Below are positions 29,353-39,263 of a DNA stretch of 64,000 bases, one piece after another; the first letter of the stretch is position 1, and every line of letters starts with the position of its first letter. The notes under the pieces are model-generated. The model did not search any database. It had not been told where the DNA came from and worked only from the letters and a program-made list of their open reading frames with translations. The stretch lies in the NCBI GenBank assembly GCA_049287005.1, contig JBAQEZ010000002.1:19268-83267 (forward strand). Direction: 5' to 3'. The stretch is from Candidatus Moraniibacteriota bacterium (GTDB taxonomy: Bacteria > Patescibacteriota > Minisyncoccia > Moranbacterales > UBA1568). The translations under genes and the position numbers were made by a program.

Positions 29353-30534
29353 ATGGATAGGGACATGAATTCTCTTTCGGAATATGTCGCAGGACGTATT
29401 CGTGCCGGTGTTTCCAAAGCGCTCATCGAGGAAGAACTGCTTACCGTCGGTTGGTCGGAAGAAGAGGCGGATGCCGCCTATCGGGCGGGTCTGGTCGCGT
29501 ACGGAGCGCCGGTACCGAGCGAGGGCAATCGTCCGACATTGTCTCGCAAGTCTTCGGCGGTAGACGTCGTCATCAATTTTTTCTCATTTATCCTGCTCGG
29601 TATCATCGCGACCGCTCTCGGGACGCTCTTCTTCCAGATCATCAACAAATATTTCCCTGATCCGCTCGACGTGACGAACGGGTATGTCGCGTCTCTGTCG
29701 AGCACTATCCATTATGCGATCGCCGCTCTCGTCATCGGGTTTCCTCTGTATTTTGTCGCGCTGCGGATATGGTTCCGCAAGTTCCGGGAAGATGAGGGGC
29801 GCACCGAGTCGCGTCTCTCTAAGTGGCTCACCTATGTCGTCCTCCTGATAAGCGCTGTGACCATCGTCGGCGATCTCATCACCCTGGTCTTCACGTTCTT
29901 GCAGGGCGAGATTACGGCACGTTTCTTCTTGAAGGCGCTGACCATCCTGGCCGTGGCCGGGATCATTTTCGGCTTCTACTATCTGGAGCGCCGCAAGATC
30001 CAATATCATCTGGATATCCCGCGCGCCATCTTCCAGTCTTTCGGCCGCGGAGTGGCTACCTTGGTCGTCGTGGCGGTCGTTCTGGGCTTCATGGCTTCCG
30101 GATCGCCGGCGACCGAACGCAACCGGACGTTCGATCGCACGCGCGCCGATCACCTCAGTTCGCTCTCGGGCTGTGTCGAGAGTTATGCTCGGACACTCGG
30201 ACAGCTGCCTGCTTCCCTGTCCGATCTTAGGCAATCGAGCCAATGGAGCTATTGCAGTGACTTCATGCAGGATCCCGAAACTCAAGCCCTCTATAGTTAC
30301 CGCGTCGTGACCCCGTCTCGGACGGAGGGAGCGGCGCACGTGGGAGAATTTGAACTCTGTGCGACGTTCGCGTTCGCTTCTCAGAATGGGACGACAGACA
30401 CGGCTCCGTATGGCAAGAACGTCTGGAGCGACCATGCGGCCGGGAAAAGCTGCGATACGGTGACGGCTCAACTTCTCGTGCCGACTTATCCTGTCCAGCA
30501 GCAGGGGGACACGCTTCAGAATCCTATCAAATAG
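29353..30534 (+). CDS. hypothetical membrane protein (soluble N-terminal domain, 5-6 TM, C-terminal extracytoplasmic domain)
   Basis: Hydrophobicity pattern. The opposite-strand ORF 29584..30537 is Arg-rich antisense. Confidence 0.45.
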   Translation: MDRDMNSLSEYVAGRIRAGVSKALIEEELLTVGWSEEEADAAYRAGLVAYGAPVPSEGNRPTLSRKSSAVDVVINFFSFILLGIIATALGTLFFQIINKYFPDPLDVTNGYVASLSSTIHYAIAALVIGFPLYFVALRIWFRKFREDEGRTESRLSKWLTYVVLLISAVTIVGDLITLVFTFLQGEITARFFLKALTILAVAGIIFGFYYLERRKIQYHLDIPRAIFQSFGRGVATLVVVAVVLGFMASGSPATERNRTFDRTRADHLSSLSGCVESYARTLGQLPASLSDLRQSSQWSYCSDFMQDPETQALYSYRVVTPSRTEGAAHVGEFELCATFAFASQNGTTDTAPYGKNVWSDHAAGKSCDTVTAQLLVPTYPVQQQGDTLQNPIK

Positions 30535-30608
30535 CACGGCGGGAGAGGGAGAGTGTCCCGTTTTCCGGAGAAAAGACGCCTGGTACTGAAGAAAGAAAAA
30601 ATCTTTTT

Positions 30609-31220
30609 ATGAATGATAAAAGATACGATATTGCTATCATTCCGCCGAGCGGTATCGCGGAGCAAGCGATCAGTATGAGCCGAGAGCTGCAACGGTTCGG
30701 AGCCTGCTTCGTTCTCGATGGTCAGACCTATCGTCCGCATATCTCTCTCTATCATGTACCTTTGGCTGAAAAAGTATTGAGCACCGTGATAAGCATATTA
30801 GAAAAGATCGCGGCCCAGACGAGGCCGTTTTCCTTGGAGCAAGACACGTACTATCCGGATCAGGGGGTATGGATCGGGGTACGCTATATTGCGGACAAGG
30901 CCATCTTGGATTTGCATACGACGGTCATCGCGGCGACCAAGGAATACCGCTCCGAGCAGGACGATATCCGTTATTTGGAACGCTGGCCGGAGCTCAGTCC
31001 GGCGCGGCGTAAAAATATCGAAGAGTGCGGTTGGTCAGATGCCTTTGCGTATTATTCTCCGCATATCAGTTTCACGAAACTGGAGCGTCCGCAAACGGAT
31101 GTCCTCATCCATCTTCCGCATCGCGACTTTTCTTTTCTCGCCGATCATATCGGCCTGTATGAGCTCGGCAAACACGGAACGTGTGCGGAGCTCGTGGCAG
31201 ATTTCAAACTCACGGAATAA
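30609..31220 (+). CDS. 2H phosphoesterase superfamily protein (LigT-like)
   Basis: Two H-x-S/T motifs (PHISLY and PHISFT) spaced as in 2H enzymes. Confidence 0.5.
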   Translation: MNDKRYDIAIIPPSGIAEQAISMSRELQRFGACFVLDGQTYRPHISLYHVPLAEKVLSTVISILEKIAAQTRPFSLEQDTYYPDQGVWIGVRYIADKAILDLHTTVIAATKEYRSEQDDIRYLERWPELSPARRKNIEECGWSDAFAYYSPHISFTKLERPQTDVLIHLPHRDFSFLADHIGLYELGKHGTCAELVADFKLTE

Positions 31221-31231
31221 TATTTTGCGCT

Positions 31232-31690
31232 ATGCGTATCACCAGTCCCGCCTTTGCGGCAAATGGCATCCTTCCCACCGCCTTTACCTGCGACGGCGCG
31301 GGCGTCAATCCGCCTTTGACGTTCGCGGATGTGCCTCAGGCAGCCCGGAGCCTCGCGCTGATCGTGGATGATCCCGATGTGCCGAAACAGCTCCGCTCAG
31401 ACGGGCTCTTCGTGCATTGGACGTTGTGGAACATCAACCCACTGGTCTCGGATATTGAGAAGGACAGTGTGCCGCAAGGCGCGGTCGAGGGTGTCACGAC
31501 GCGGGGCGTGCCGGGTTTTGTCGGCGCCTGTCCGCCGGACCGCGAGCATCGTTATTTCTTCAAGCTCTACGCCTTGGATGCACAGCTCGTCCTTCCGGTG
31601 ACAGCGGGCAAGGATGATCTCGAGCGAGCGATGGCTGGCCATATCTTGGCCGCGGCCACGCTGATGGTCCGCTATGATCGTCCTCGTTGA
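31232..31690 (+). CDS. YbhB/YbcL-family phosphatidylethanolamine-binding protein (PEBP/RKIP-like)
   Basis: …LIVDDPDVP… and …GACPPDREHRYFFKLYALD… PEBP signature. Start trimmed to ATG 31232. Confidence 0.7.
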   Translation: MRITSPAFAANGILPTAFTCDGAGVNPPLTFADVPQAARSLALIVDDPDVPKQLRSDGLFVHWTLWNINPLVSDIEKDSVPQGAVEGVTTRGVPGFVGACPPDREHRYFFKLYALDAQLVLPVTAGKDDLERAMAGHILAAATLMVRYDRPR

Positions 31691-31711
31691 ACCTCCTGGA
31701 AAAGCGAGTTG

Positions 31712-32923
31712 CTATTGAACGCCTTTTTTTCTTTGGTTGAAGGTAGTGAACACTTCCGCATAGAGACTCTGCCACTCATGCGCGATTTTGGCGCGGGAAA
31801 ATTGCTTGACGGTGGAGACGCCGCCCGCGCCCAGCCGCTTGCTTTCTTCCGGGTGCTGATAGAGGAACAGGATTTTAGCGGCGAGCGTTCGGTAATCGCC
31901 GGGCTCCACGAGAAGGCCGTTCTCATCGGGTCGGATATATTCTGCCAATCCCCGGGCCCGGGCTCCGATGACGGGGATACCGGTCGCCATCGCCTTCATC
32001 ATGCTCAAGCTTTGCGTTTCAGCGGTACTCATGATGGCGAAGACATCGGCTGCCCGATAGATCCTAGCATGATCTTCTGGGCTGACTGTGCCGAAAAATT
32101 TCACCCGGGCTTCGATGCCGAGTTCTCGGGTGAGCGTCCGGAGTGCCGCTTCGGCTTCGCCATGCCCGGTGATAGCCAAACACACTTCTGGAAAGCTGTC
32201 TTTAATGAGTGCCATGGCTCTGATGATATCATCGATGTGCTTTTCCGGAGCCAGGCGGCCGGTATAGAGGAGGGTAAATGACGTGAGTCCAAATTCTTTT
32301 TTGAGGCTCGTCCGCTCTTCCGGAGAGGCGGGAAAGAAATGGTCCAGGTCGATCGGGTTGGAGATGACACGGCTCGGTTTGTGAAATCCATTCTGTCGCA
32401 TCTCGTCGAGGATACCCTGAGAGGGGGCGGTGACAAAATCACAATGATTGTAATACCAAGAAACGAAACGGAGAGCAAAACGCGTGAGGAAAGGTGCACG
32501 GAGCGGGCTGTATTGCAAAAATTCGGTGAGAGGCGTATGGCTGGTTCCGACGAGAGGGCGCCGCAAGAAAAAACTGGCAGCCAGGCCTTCGAAGCCGGCT
32601 CCGAAAAAAAGATGGGTATGGATGATGTCCGGCTTGTCTTTCCGCAGAGAGAGCCAATGAAGGAAAAAAGGAATGACCATGCGGCCCTGCTTGGTCGGTG
32701 CCGGGTAGGGCAGAGAGAAGAGCCGCTTGACGGATACTCCCTCGCCGATGCGTATTTCCTCATAGGGGAGATGCGAGACGGCAAAGTCTTGCCGCGAATA
32801 ACGCGGCACGGAAAAAGTGATCTTGTCGCCGAGACCGCAGAGTTCGCTCGCCTGCTCCACGAGCGAATCGGAAATCCCGGAAAGTTCCGGATAAAAATTA
32901 TCTGAAAAAACGGCTATTTTCAT
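31712..32923 (-). CDS. glycosyltransferase family 4 (GT-B)
   Basis: MKIAVFSDNFYPE N-terminus, EGFG/EAMA-like C-terminal motifs (…TGIPVIGARARGLAEYI…). Confidence 0.8.
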   Translation of the reverse strand: MKIAVFSDNFYPELSGISDSLVEQASELCGLGDKITFSVPRYSRQDFAVSHLPYEEIRIGEGVSVKRLFSLPYPAPTKQGRMVIPFFLHWLSLRKDKPDIIHTHLFFGAGFEGLAASFFLRRPLVGTSHTPLTEFLQYSPLRAPFLTRFALRFVSWYYNHCDFVTAPSQGILDEMRQNGFHKPSRVISNPIDLDHFFPASPEERTSLKKEFGLTSFTLLYTGRLAPEKHIDDIIRAMALIKDSFPEVCLAITGHGEAEAALRTLTRELGIEARVKFFGTVSPEDHARIYRAADVFAIMSTAETQSLSMMKAMATGIPVIGARARGLAEYIRPDENGLLVEPGDYRTLAAKILFLYQHPEESKRLGAGGVSTVKQFSRAKIAHEWQSLYAEVFTTFNQRKKGVQ

Positions 32924-33024
32924 ATATGGGCAGGAAGAGAGATTACCGGTTGGCCTCTTCTGTCTCAAAGAATAGAAGAGAAAGCGGTTTCTGTCCATAT
33001 GGACTTGTGTTAGAATAGGGTCAT

Positions 33025-33765
33025 ATGAAACTCTCTATTATCATTCCGGCCTACAACGAAGAGGCCTATATCGGGAAGTGCCTCGAATCCATAGTGGAGG
33101 AACAGGCACGTCATCATTTTGACGTGGAAATCATCGTCGTCAACAATGCTAGCACCGATCGGACGGCGGAGGTGGCGCGATCTTTTTCTGTTGCCCGTGT
33201 GATAGATGAGCCGAGGAAAGGCTTGGTGCGCGCCCGCCAAACGGGATATGAAGCCTCCGGCGGTGAATTGGTCGCGAATGTCGATGCGGATACGCTGGTG
33301 CCCGAGGGCTGGATGAAACAAATATTCGAGGAATTTGTCGCCGATCCAGAGTTGGTCGCGCTCTCCGGTCCCTATATCTATTATGATTTGTCGCCGGTAC
33401 TCAACGGGTGCGTGCGTCTCTTCTACGGTTTGGGGAAATTCGTGAATGTTCTCAACGCCTGGGTGACGGGACGGAGCGGTACCATGCTCCAGGGCGGAAA
33501 TTTCATTGTGCGCCGCAGCGCCTTGGCAGCAGCCGGAGGCTTCGATCTCAATTTTGATTTCTATGGCGAGGATACCGCGATTGCCAAACAGATGAGCCGT
33601 CGGGGCAAGGTGAAATTTACGTTTCGTCTCCCGATGTATACGTCCGGCCGCCGCTTGCGAGCGGAAGGCATCTTCACTATGACCGTGAGGTATGGGATGA
33701 ATTTTTTGTGGACCATTCTTTTCGACAAGGCTTATTCCAAACAATATAAAGATATTCGCTTATGA
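33025..33765 (+). CDS. glycosyltransferase family 2 (GT-A)
   Basis: LSIIIPAYNEE start, DxD (VDADT) motif. Confidence 0.8.
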   Translation: MKLSIIIPAYNEEAYIGKCLESIVEEQARHHFDVEIIVVNNASTDRTAEVARSFSVARVIDEPRKGLVRARQTGYEASGGELVANVDADTLVPEGWMKQIFEEFVADPELVALSGPYIYYDLSPVLNGCVRLFYGLGKFVNVLNAWVTGRSGTMLQGGNFIVRRSALAAAGGFDLNFDFYGEDTAIAKQMSRRGKVKFTFRLPMYTSGRRLRAEGIFTMTVRYGMNFLWTILFDKAYSKQYKDIRL

Positions 33766-36158
33766 AAGCACGGTCTTGGTGGAGCCGATATGAAAAAGAA
33801 GCGCGCGATCTCGGTTATATCGTCGCTCGCAATGTTTTCTTGCTCACCAATGGCATCATCGCGCTCGTGGTCGGGCTGCTTATCGTGTTCGGAGATATCC
33901 AAGCGGGCATTTTCCTTGGTCTCGTGCTGGTCATCAATATGACGTTGGGTCTGGGGCAGGATATCCGTGCCTGGTATGCGCTCCGTCGCCTGCAATTGTT
34001 GACGGCTCCGCGCGTTGTCCGCGTGCTGCCTGACGGTACGGAAGAATCCGTCTTGACTGAAGTCATAGAGAAAGGAGATCGACTCAAGCTGAAGACAGGA
34101 GATGAAATTCCATGCGATGGGACACTGCTCGAGGCGCATGCGCTCGAGCTGAATGAAGGACTGATCACGGGAGAGGCTGCTTCCTTTTCGCGTCGGGCGG
34201 GCGAGCATGTCTTGGCGGGGAGCATCATCACGGCCGGGACCGGCCTCTTGTCGACGGATACCGTTTTCAAGGAGAGCCGGATCGCGCGTATGACCGAAGG
34301 CATCCAGAGCTATAGCGTGAACGCCAGTCCGATTCAGAAAGCCGTGAGCCGCGTTATCCAATATTCCGGTTATATCCTGGTAGTGGCTATCGGCTTCGTC
34401 GTCTTGCGCGGCTTCGTGGTGCATACATCGAATCTGATCGTGATCAAAAATATCGGTGCCTTGGCCAGTTCCATCGTTCCGCAGGGATTGATATTCGCGA
34501 TGACGCTCCTGTTCGCTTATGGCGCGGCGCATCTCTATCGGCGCAATGTCTTGCTCCAGGAAGTGAACGCGACGGAAAAGCTGGGTCGTATCCAAAACCT
34601 CTGCATGGATAAGACCGGCACCTTGACGGAGAATAAGCCGACGGTAGAAAAGATGGAGACACCTCCAGGAGGAGAGAGTGAGACCGCCAAACGCTTGGCG
34701 GCGGACTACGTTCTCGGTTCCGGTGATGCCTCGCAGACGATGCTGGCGCTGCGCGAATACGTCGGGGATGCGCAAACCGCGGGCCAGGTCATCAATACTT
34801 CCGCCTTTTCCTCGTGGCATCCTTACGGTGCGATCGAAATCATTCGGCCGACGGGGGAAGCGGATGTGCTCATCGTCGGGGCGGGGGAATACCTGGTGCC
34901 GCACCTGATGAACGCATCGGAGCAAGCGTGGTTTGCGGAGATTGAAAAACGGGAAGCGGCGCAAGGGAAACGCATCATCTGTCTGGCGCGCGCGGAGACA
35001 GCGCATCTGCCGAAAGATTTATCGCTCGCCAAACTCTCTCTTGTGGCCGTTTTCATCTTATCCAGCAAGCTCCGTCCGGGCATCCGGGAGGCCATCGCAT
35101 TTTTTCAGGATCGGGGCGTGCATATCCGCATCATTTCCGGCGATCATCCGGAAACCGTCCGGGCCGTGGCAGCTATGGCCGGGATACGGCACTGCGACCA
35201 GGTGATTACCGGACGAGAAATGAGCCAGTGGACGGAAGCGGATTTCGCCAAGCGGGCTCGGACGTACTCGATTTTCGCCCGCACGGTTCCCGAGCAGAAG
35301 GAGAAAATTATCGCTGCCCTGAAAGAGGACGGCTTCACGGCGATGGTCGGGGATGGCGCCAATGATGCGCTCGCGATCAAGAAAGCGGATCTGGGCATCG
35401 CCATGTTCGAAGGGGCGCCGGCCACCAGGCAGCTCGCCTCGGTCGTGCTCATGAACAATAGTTTTACGGCGCTGCCGGGCGGCGCCGCGCTCGCCGACAG
35501 CATCATCAAGAACGCGGAAATTTTTGCCAGCCTGTTTTTCGGAGCGGCTCTGATGGGGCTGTTTCTTTTTTTCGGAGTGAGCGTGCTTGGGTATCCGTTC
35601 CCCCTCACTCCGCTCAACATCACCCTGACCAATTATTTCATGGTAGGTTTTCCCGGCATCCTGGTATCTTATTGGACGATTTGGCCGGCAGAAAAAGTAC
35701 AAACTCCGAGCACGGGCGCTTTTCTCCGCATCATCTCTCCCTTCATCATCGGATCGGCGTTCCTCCAGGCCGCGACGCTCCTCGTTGTTTTCGTCCTGAG
35801 TCCGGAGACCATGAAGGCGGGCGGATCCAATCTCTGGGTCGTCCTGGCTTCCATCGTGACCGGATACATTTTTTTCCTGTCTGCTCCCGGCATGTATCGG
35901 GGCGTATTGCTGGCCAGCCAACGGCGAGATATCATCATCCTCACCATCGTGGAAATGTTGTTTCTCCTGTTCGTCTCCCGCACTCCTTTTCTGCTGAAGT
36001 TTTTCGAGATTACGGGAGCCTGGCCTGATCGCGCCGCGTTGACTGTGCCGCTTCTGTCCCTGGGCCTGTACGGGTTGCTGCAATTTGGCTTGGTCCTTCT
36101 GCTCAGGCGGTTCGTTAGAGTCTCTGTCGAGAAGACGGCACCTGCGTCGGCCGGCTGA
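33762..36158 (+). CDS. cation-transporting P-type ATPase (specificity unresolved)
   Basis: DKTGTLT phosphorylation motif, GDGANDALAIKKADLGIAM hinge, about 10 TM. ATGA overlap with the GT2 stop. Confidence 0.8.
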   Translation: MKARSWWSRYEKEARDLGYIVARNVFLLTNGIIALVVGLLIVFGDIQAGIFLGLVLVINMTLGLGQDIRAWYALRRLQLLTAPRVVRVLPDGTEESVLTEVIEKGDRLKLKTGDEIPCDGTLLEAHALELNEGLITGEAASFSRRAGEHVLAGSIITAGTGLLSTDTVFKESRIARMTEGIQSYSVNASPIQKAVSRVIQYSGYILVVAIGFVVLRGFVVHTSNLIVIKNIGALASSIVPQGLIFAMTLLFAYGAAHLYRRNVLLQEVNATEKLGRIQNLCMDKTGTLTENKPTVEKMETPPGGESETAKRLAADYVLGSGDASQTMLALREYVGDAQTAGQVINTSAFSSWHPYGAIEIIRPTGEADVLIVGAGEYLVPHLMNASEQAWFAEIEKREAAQGKRIICLARAETAHLPKDLSLAKLSLVAVFILSSKLRPGIREAIAFFQDRGVHIRIISGDHPETVRAVAAMAGIRHCDQVITGREMSQWTEADFAKRARTYSIFARTVPEQKEKIIAALKEDGFTAMVGDGANDALAIKKADLGIAMFEGAPATRQLASVVLMNNSFTALPGGAALADSIIKNAEIFASLFFGAALMGLFLFFGVSVLGYPFPLTPLNITLTNYFMVGFPGILVSYWTIWPAEKVQTPSTGAFLRIISPFIIGSAFLQAATLLVVFVLSPETMKAGGSNLWVVLASIVTGYIFFLSAPGMYRGVLLASQRRDIIILTIVEMLFLLFVSRTPFLLKFFEITGAWPDRAALTVPLLSLGLYGLLQFGLVLLLRRFVRVSVEKTAPASAG

Positions 36159-36217
36159 TTGCTTTCTTTCCTGGATTTGAGTACTATGGAATTGATTTTG
36201 AACCGCATCCTTCCTTT

Positions 36218-36907
36218 ATGAACGCGTTCCTCTCCCGTCACAGACAGTACTGGTCGCAAAAGCGATACCTCCACTCCTCTCTGGTAGGCCTGTTTCTGTT
36301 TGTCGTGAGTCTCGTCGCCAATCGGTATTCCAGTTTCTATGCCACGGCGCAAGCGAGCAATCCGGTCACGGATCTGCTTTTGGATAATTTGCCGGTCATG
36401 CGAGTGGAGTGGATCGTGAATGATGTGGCCGCCCTTTTCGGTTTCTCTATGCTCTTTCTTATCCTGTGGCAGCCGCGCCGCATTCCGTTCATCCTGAAAG
36501 CCGTCGCCTTGTTCGTTTTTATCCGTTCTGGCTTCATTGTTTTCACGCATCTCGCTCCTTTTCCGGAGCGCATCTATCTGGATCCGAATGATCTGTTTCG
36601 CACCCTGACCTACGGAGGAGATTATTTCTTCTCCGGGCACACGGGGATGTCGTTCCTCATGGCTCTCATCTATTGGCAGGAAAAACGGGTGCGCTATTTC
36701 TGTCTGGCCGCGTCGGCGCTCCTCAGCGTCGGAGTGATTCTGGGCCATCTGCACTATTCGATCGATGTGTTCGCCGCTTTCTTCATCACCTATGGCGTTT
36801 TCGTCATGGCCCAGCGGTTTTTCCCCTATGCCTACAACGTCTTTTCCGAGGGCCGCAGCATGCCCAAACTCGAGAAAACTTCCGATTTCGAAAAAGCGGT
36901 GAGCTGA
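36218..36907 (+). CDS. PAP2-like membrane protein (AUR1/sphingolipid-synthase-like variant motifs)
   Basis: FSGHTG and GHLHYSIDV resemble PAP2 motifs C2/C3. About 6 TM. Confidence 0.4.
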   Translation: MNAFLSRHRQYWSQKRYLHSSLVGLFLFVVSLVANRYSSFYATAQASNPVTDLLLDNLPVMRVEWIVNDVAALFGFSMLFLILWQPRRIPFILKAVALFVFIRSGFIVFTHLAPFPERIYLDPNDLFRTLTYGGDYFFSGHTGMSFLMALIYWQEKRVRYFCLAASALLSVGVILGHLHYSIDVFAAFFITYGVFVMAQRFFPYAYNVFSEGRSMPKLEKTSDFEKAVS

Positions 36908-36961
36908 CCCGCCACGCCCGTTGGAATGACGAGCACGCGGTTTTAATTGTATCGGGAAATC

Positions 36962-37501
36962 ATGGGGAATAAGGCACGGGAGCAAAAATTCTTTTTACTG
37001 TATGAGAGCCAAGCGGATGCTCTTTTTCGTTTTGTCTTTTTTCGGGTGAGCGATCGTGAAGCGGCCAAAGATATCGTCCAGGAAGCCTTCCTCAAGATGT
37101 GGGAAACGCTCTGTTCTGACAAAGATATCCAGAACGAGCGGGCGTTCCTCTTCCGCATCGCCTCAAATCTCGTGATTGATCGCTATCGGAAAACCAAGGA
37201 GTATTCTTTGGACAGTTTGGCCGAGCAGGGTTTCGACGCCCCGGATGATCCGGGGATACCGATCGAAACTCGAATCGATGTCGGTACGGCCCTCGAACTG
37301 CTTCAGCGTCTTCCCGAAAAATATCACGAAGCAGTCTGGCTCAGGGCGGTGGAAGAGTGGTCAGTGAAAGATATCGCCGCCCTTTTTGATGAGACGGAAA
37401 ACGTGATCTCTGTTCGTATCCATCGCGGGCTCAAGCTGTGGCGAAAGCAGATCAGCGAAGATGCCGGTAAGAAATCAGGGGCTGAAACGTCAAAAGAGTA
37501 A
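36962..37501 (+). CDS. ECF-type RNA polymerase sigma factor (sigma-70 regions 2 and 4)
   Basis: Region 2 (…FRFVFFRVSDREAAKDIVQEAFLKMW…) and a region 4 HTH. Start set at the ATG after the track TTG start. Confidence 0.75.
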   Translation: MGNKAREQKFFLLYESQADALFRFVFFRVSDREAAKDIVQEAFLKMWETLCSDKDIQNERAFLFRIASNLVIDRYRKTKEYSLDSLAEQGFDAPDDPGIPIETRIDVGTALELLQRLPEKYHEAVWLRAVEEWSVKDIAALFDETENVISVRIHRGLKLWRKQISEDAGKKSGAETSKE

Positions 37502-37509
37502 AGAATCCT

Positions 37510-38364
37510 ATGCAGAGAAATATGTACAATAGGGAGGATGGACAAGGTGAGCGCGCGGCGTTTGCTTCGCTGCATGCGCGCATTCTTTCGACTGAAGAGA
37601 AAAGTACGATGCGCCAAGCGTTGCAAGCGGCAGTATCGCGGTCCCAGTCGGCTGCCTTGCGACCAGAACGCCAGCCAGTCGGATTTTTCTCGTTTTTCTT
37701 CGGGCGCACGTTTGCGGTCTCAGCGCTTTCTCTCGTCCTGGTTGTGGGTGGCGGCTTCGGTGTCGCTAGGGCTGCGGAACAGTCGCTCCCGGGACAGCCC
37801 CTCTATCCGATGAAAACCCAATTCAATGAACCGCTCGTGGCGAGTCTCAAAAATTCTGATGCGGCGCGCATAGAATGGGAGCATCAATTGGTACAGCGGA
37901 GAATGGCAGAAGCTGAAACGCTCGCGGAAGCAGGGAAGCTCGGCGATAACGAGAAGCATGACATCGAACGCCAGCTCTCTGTGCATCGGAAAACATTGGA
38001 ACAGCTCAAGGGACGGAGCATCACCGATGATGAATTTGTTCCGGCTCAACTCGAAACCGAATCCAAGAAAATTCAGGTGCGTTTCGAGTATCAGGAAAAC
38101 AAAGCTTCTCTCCATATCGAGGAGAAAAATACGGAGAGCAAGCGTGATGATGAAAAGGGGAACGGAGAGAGCTCGGTGCATCGAGAGCGCCAAGACTCCT
38201 CCATGGAAAAGCGTACCGATGCAGAGGTTCGATCACAGAAGCGAGAGGGTGAGGAAACCAAATCACGCTCGAAGACGGAAGCGGATGGCCGGTCGGGTCT
38301 GGAGCAGAAAGTCGACCAAAAAAATGGCACGCTGGGCTCTGTGCAGAGTGAGAACGCCGTGTAA
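37510..38364 (+). CDS. single-pass membrane protein downstream of the ECF sigma factor; putative anti-sigma/partner (DUF5667-like)
   Basis: One TM (FAVSALSLVLVVGGGFGVA), a helical extracytoplasmic domain and a charged C-terminus. Confidence 0.35.
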   Translation: MQRNMYNREDGQGERAAFASLHARILSTEEKSTMRQALQAAVSRSQSAALRPERQPVGFFSFFFGRTFAVSALSLVLVVGGGFGVARAAEQSLPGQPLYPMKTQFNEPLVASLKNSDAARIEWEHQLVQRRMAEAETLAEAGKLGDNEKHDIERQLSVHRKTLEQLKGRSITDDEFVPAQLETESKKIQVRFEYQENKASLHIEEKNTESKRDDEKGNGESSVHRERQDSSMEKRTDAEVRSQKREGEETKSRSKTEADGRSGLEQKVDQKNGTLGSVQSENAV

Positions 38365-38415
38365 GATTCCTCTCCGAGCGTCGTCTTAAGGAGTGTAACC
38401 AGTAAAAATAATACT

Positions 38416-38865
38416 ATGAAGATGCACAAAAGCATTTTTGGGTTGGCACTCGCCGTCGCAGGAGTAGCGGCCGTGTCCCAAGCCCCGGCGGTGTTCGCAC
38501 GGCAGGGAGGCAGTGAACATGGTCCGGTTGCGACAGCTTCCGTGGCTGTCAGTCAGGCGAAGGCGATTGAGATCGCTCAGGGGAAGCTCGCTGGCGCTAT
38601 GACGAGAGCCCATCTCGATACATATAACGGCAAAGCCACGTGGAAGATCCGTATCTTGTCGACTGATGGATTGCAGCGCGGTGATTTTCGGATCGATGCC
38701 ACTACCGGCGTTATCCTGAATTTCAATATCCGGACGATCAAGAGCCACCAGATTGATCGCGCGGCCGCGCTCGCGACCAAAATTGAAAAGAAAAAACTGC
38801 ATCTTGCAGAAAGAGCGCACAAGCTGGAGCTGAAGAGAAATCACTTGGATCAAAACGGACGGTAA
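38416..38865 (+). CDS. secreted PepSY-domain protein
   Basis: Signal peptide and a PepSY-like pattern (…AKAIEIAQGKLAGAMTRAHLDTYNGKATWKIRILSTDG…). Confidence 0.5.
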   Translation: MKMHKSIFGLALAVAGVAAVSQAPAVFARQGGSEHGPVATASVAVSQAKAIEIAQGKLAGAMTRAHLDTYNGKATWKIRILSTDGLQRGDFRIDATTGVILNFNIRTIKSHQIDRAAALATKIEKKKLHLAERAHKLELKRNHLDQNGR

Positions 38866-38891
38866 ACGTCAGGGGAAATGCAGGGAAGAAG

Positions 38892-38922
38892 AAACCCCGG
38901 AAATGTTCCGGGGTTTTCGTTC
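38892..38922 (+). terminator. rho-independent terminator (AAACCCCGGAA-atg-TTCCGGGGTTT + TCGTT)
   Basis: 11-bp stem. Confidence 0.5.
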
Positions 38923-39206
38923 TGTGTCCTGACCGGTCCTGCACGCTGCCGAGATCCTGCCCAGGACGGCGACGCTTGCTCGCGGGGGGATACGTGGTAA
39001 AATGGCAATATCTAACACTCTACGCATATGGCTACGCTGAAAGAGCAAGATGGAAGCAAGCGCGGCAAGCGGAATCCCGGTTTGCTGTCGCACAAGGAGA
39101 TTGCACCATCGACCTACGAGGCCTCTCGTCTCGAGGGCAAGGTGCAGAATCTCGGCATCAAGAATCTCGGACATCAGAAAAAAAAGAAGTCCCAAGCTTA
39201 GCGATC

Positions 39207-39236
39207 GAAAAACCTGCCCTCAAGGCAGGTTTTTTG
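39207..39236. terminator. bidirectional terminator (AACCTGCC-ctcaa-GGCAGGTT + TTTT) at the 3' end of the minus-strand DUF1003 gene
   Basis: Hairpin with A/T runs on both sides. Confidence 0.55.
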
Positions 39237-39263
39237 TCGCTGAATTCAGGCCGGCGCTCCGGA

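Noticed and set aside
29584-30537. 317-aa minus-strand ORF
   Set aside because: Opposite a plus-strand ORF with clear TM helices and an ATG start. Arg-rich antisense-type composition.
31709-32281. 190-aa plus-strand ORF
   Set aside because: Antisense to the GT4 glycosyltransferase, which has recognisable GT-B motifs.
33732-36985. Two long minus-strand ORFs (33732..35006 and 35669..36985)
   Set aside because: Antisense to the P-type ATPase and PAP2-like genes. R/H/D-rich low-complexity translations.
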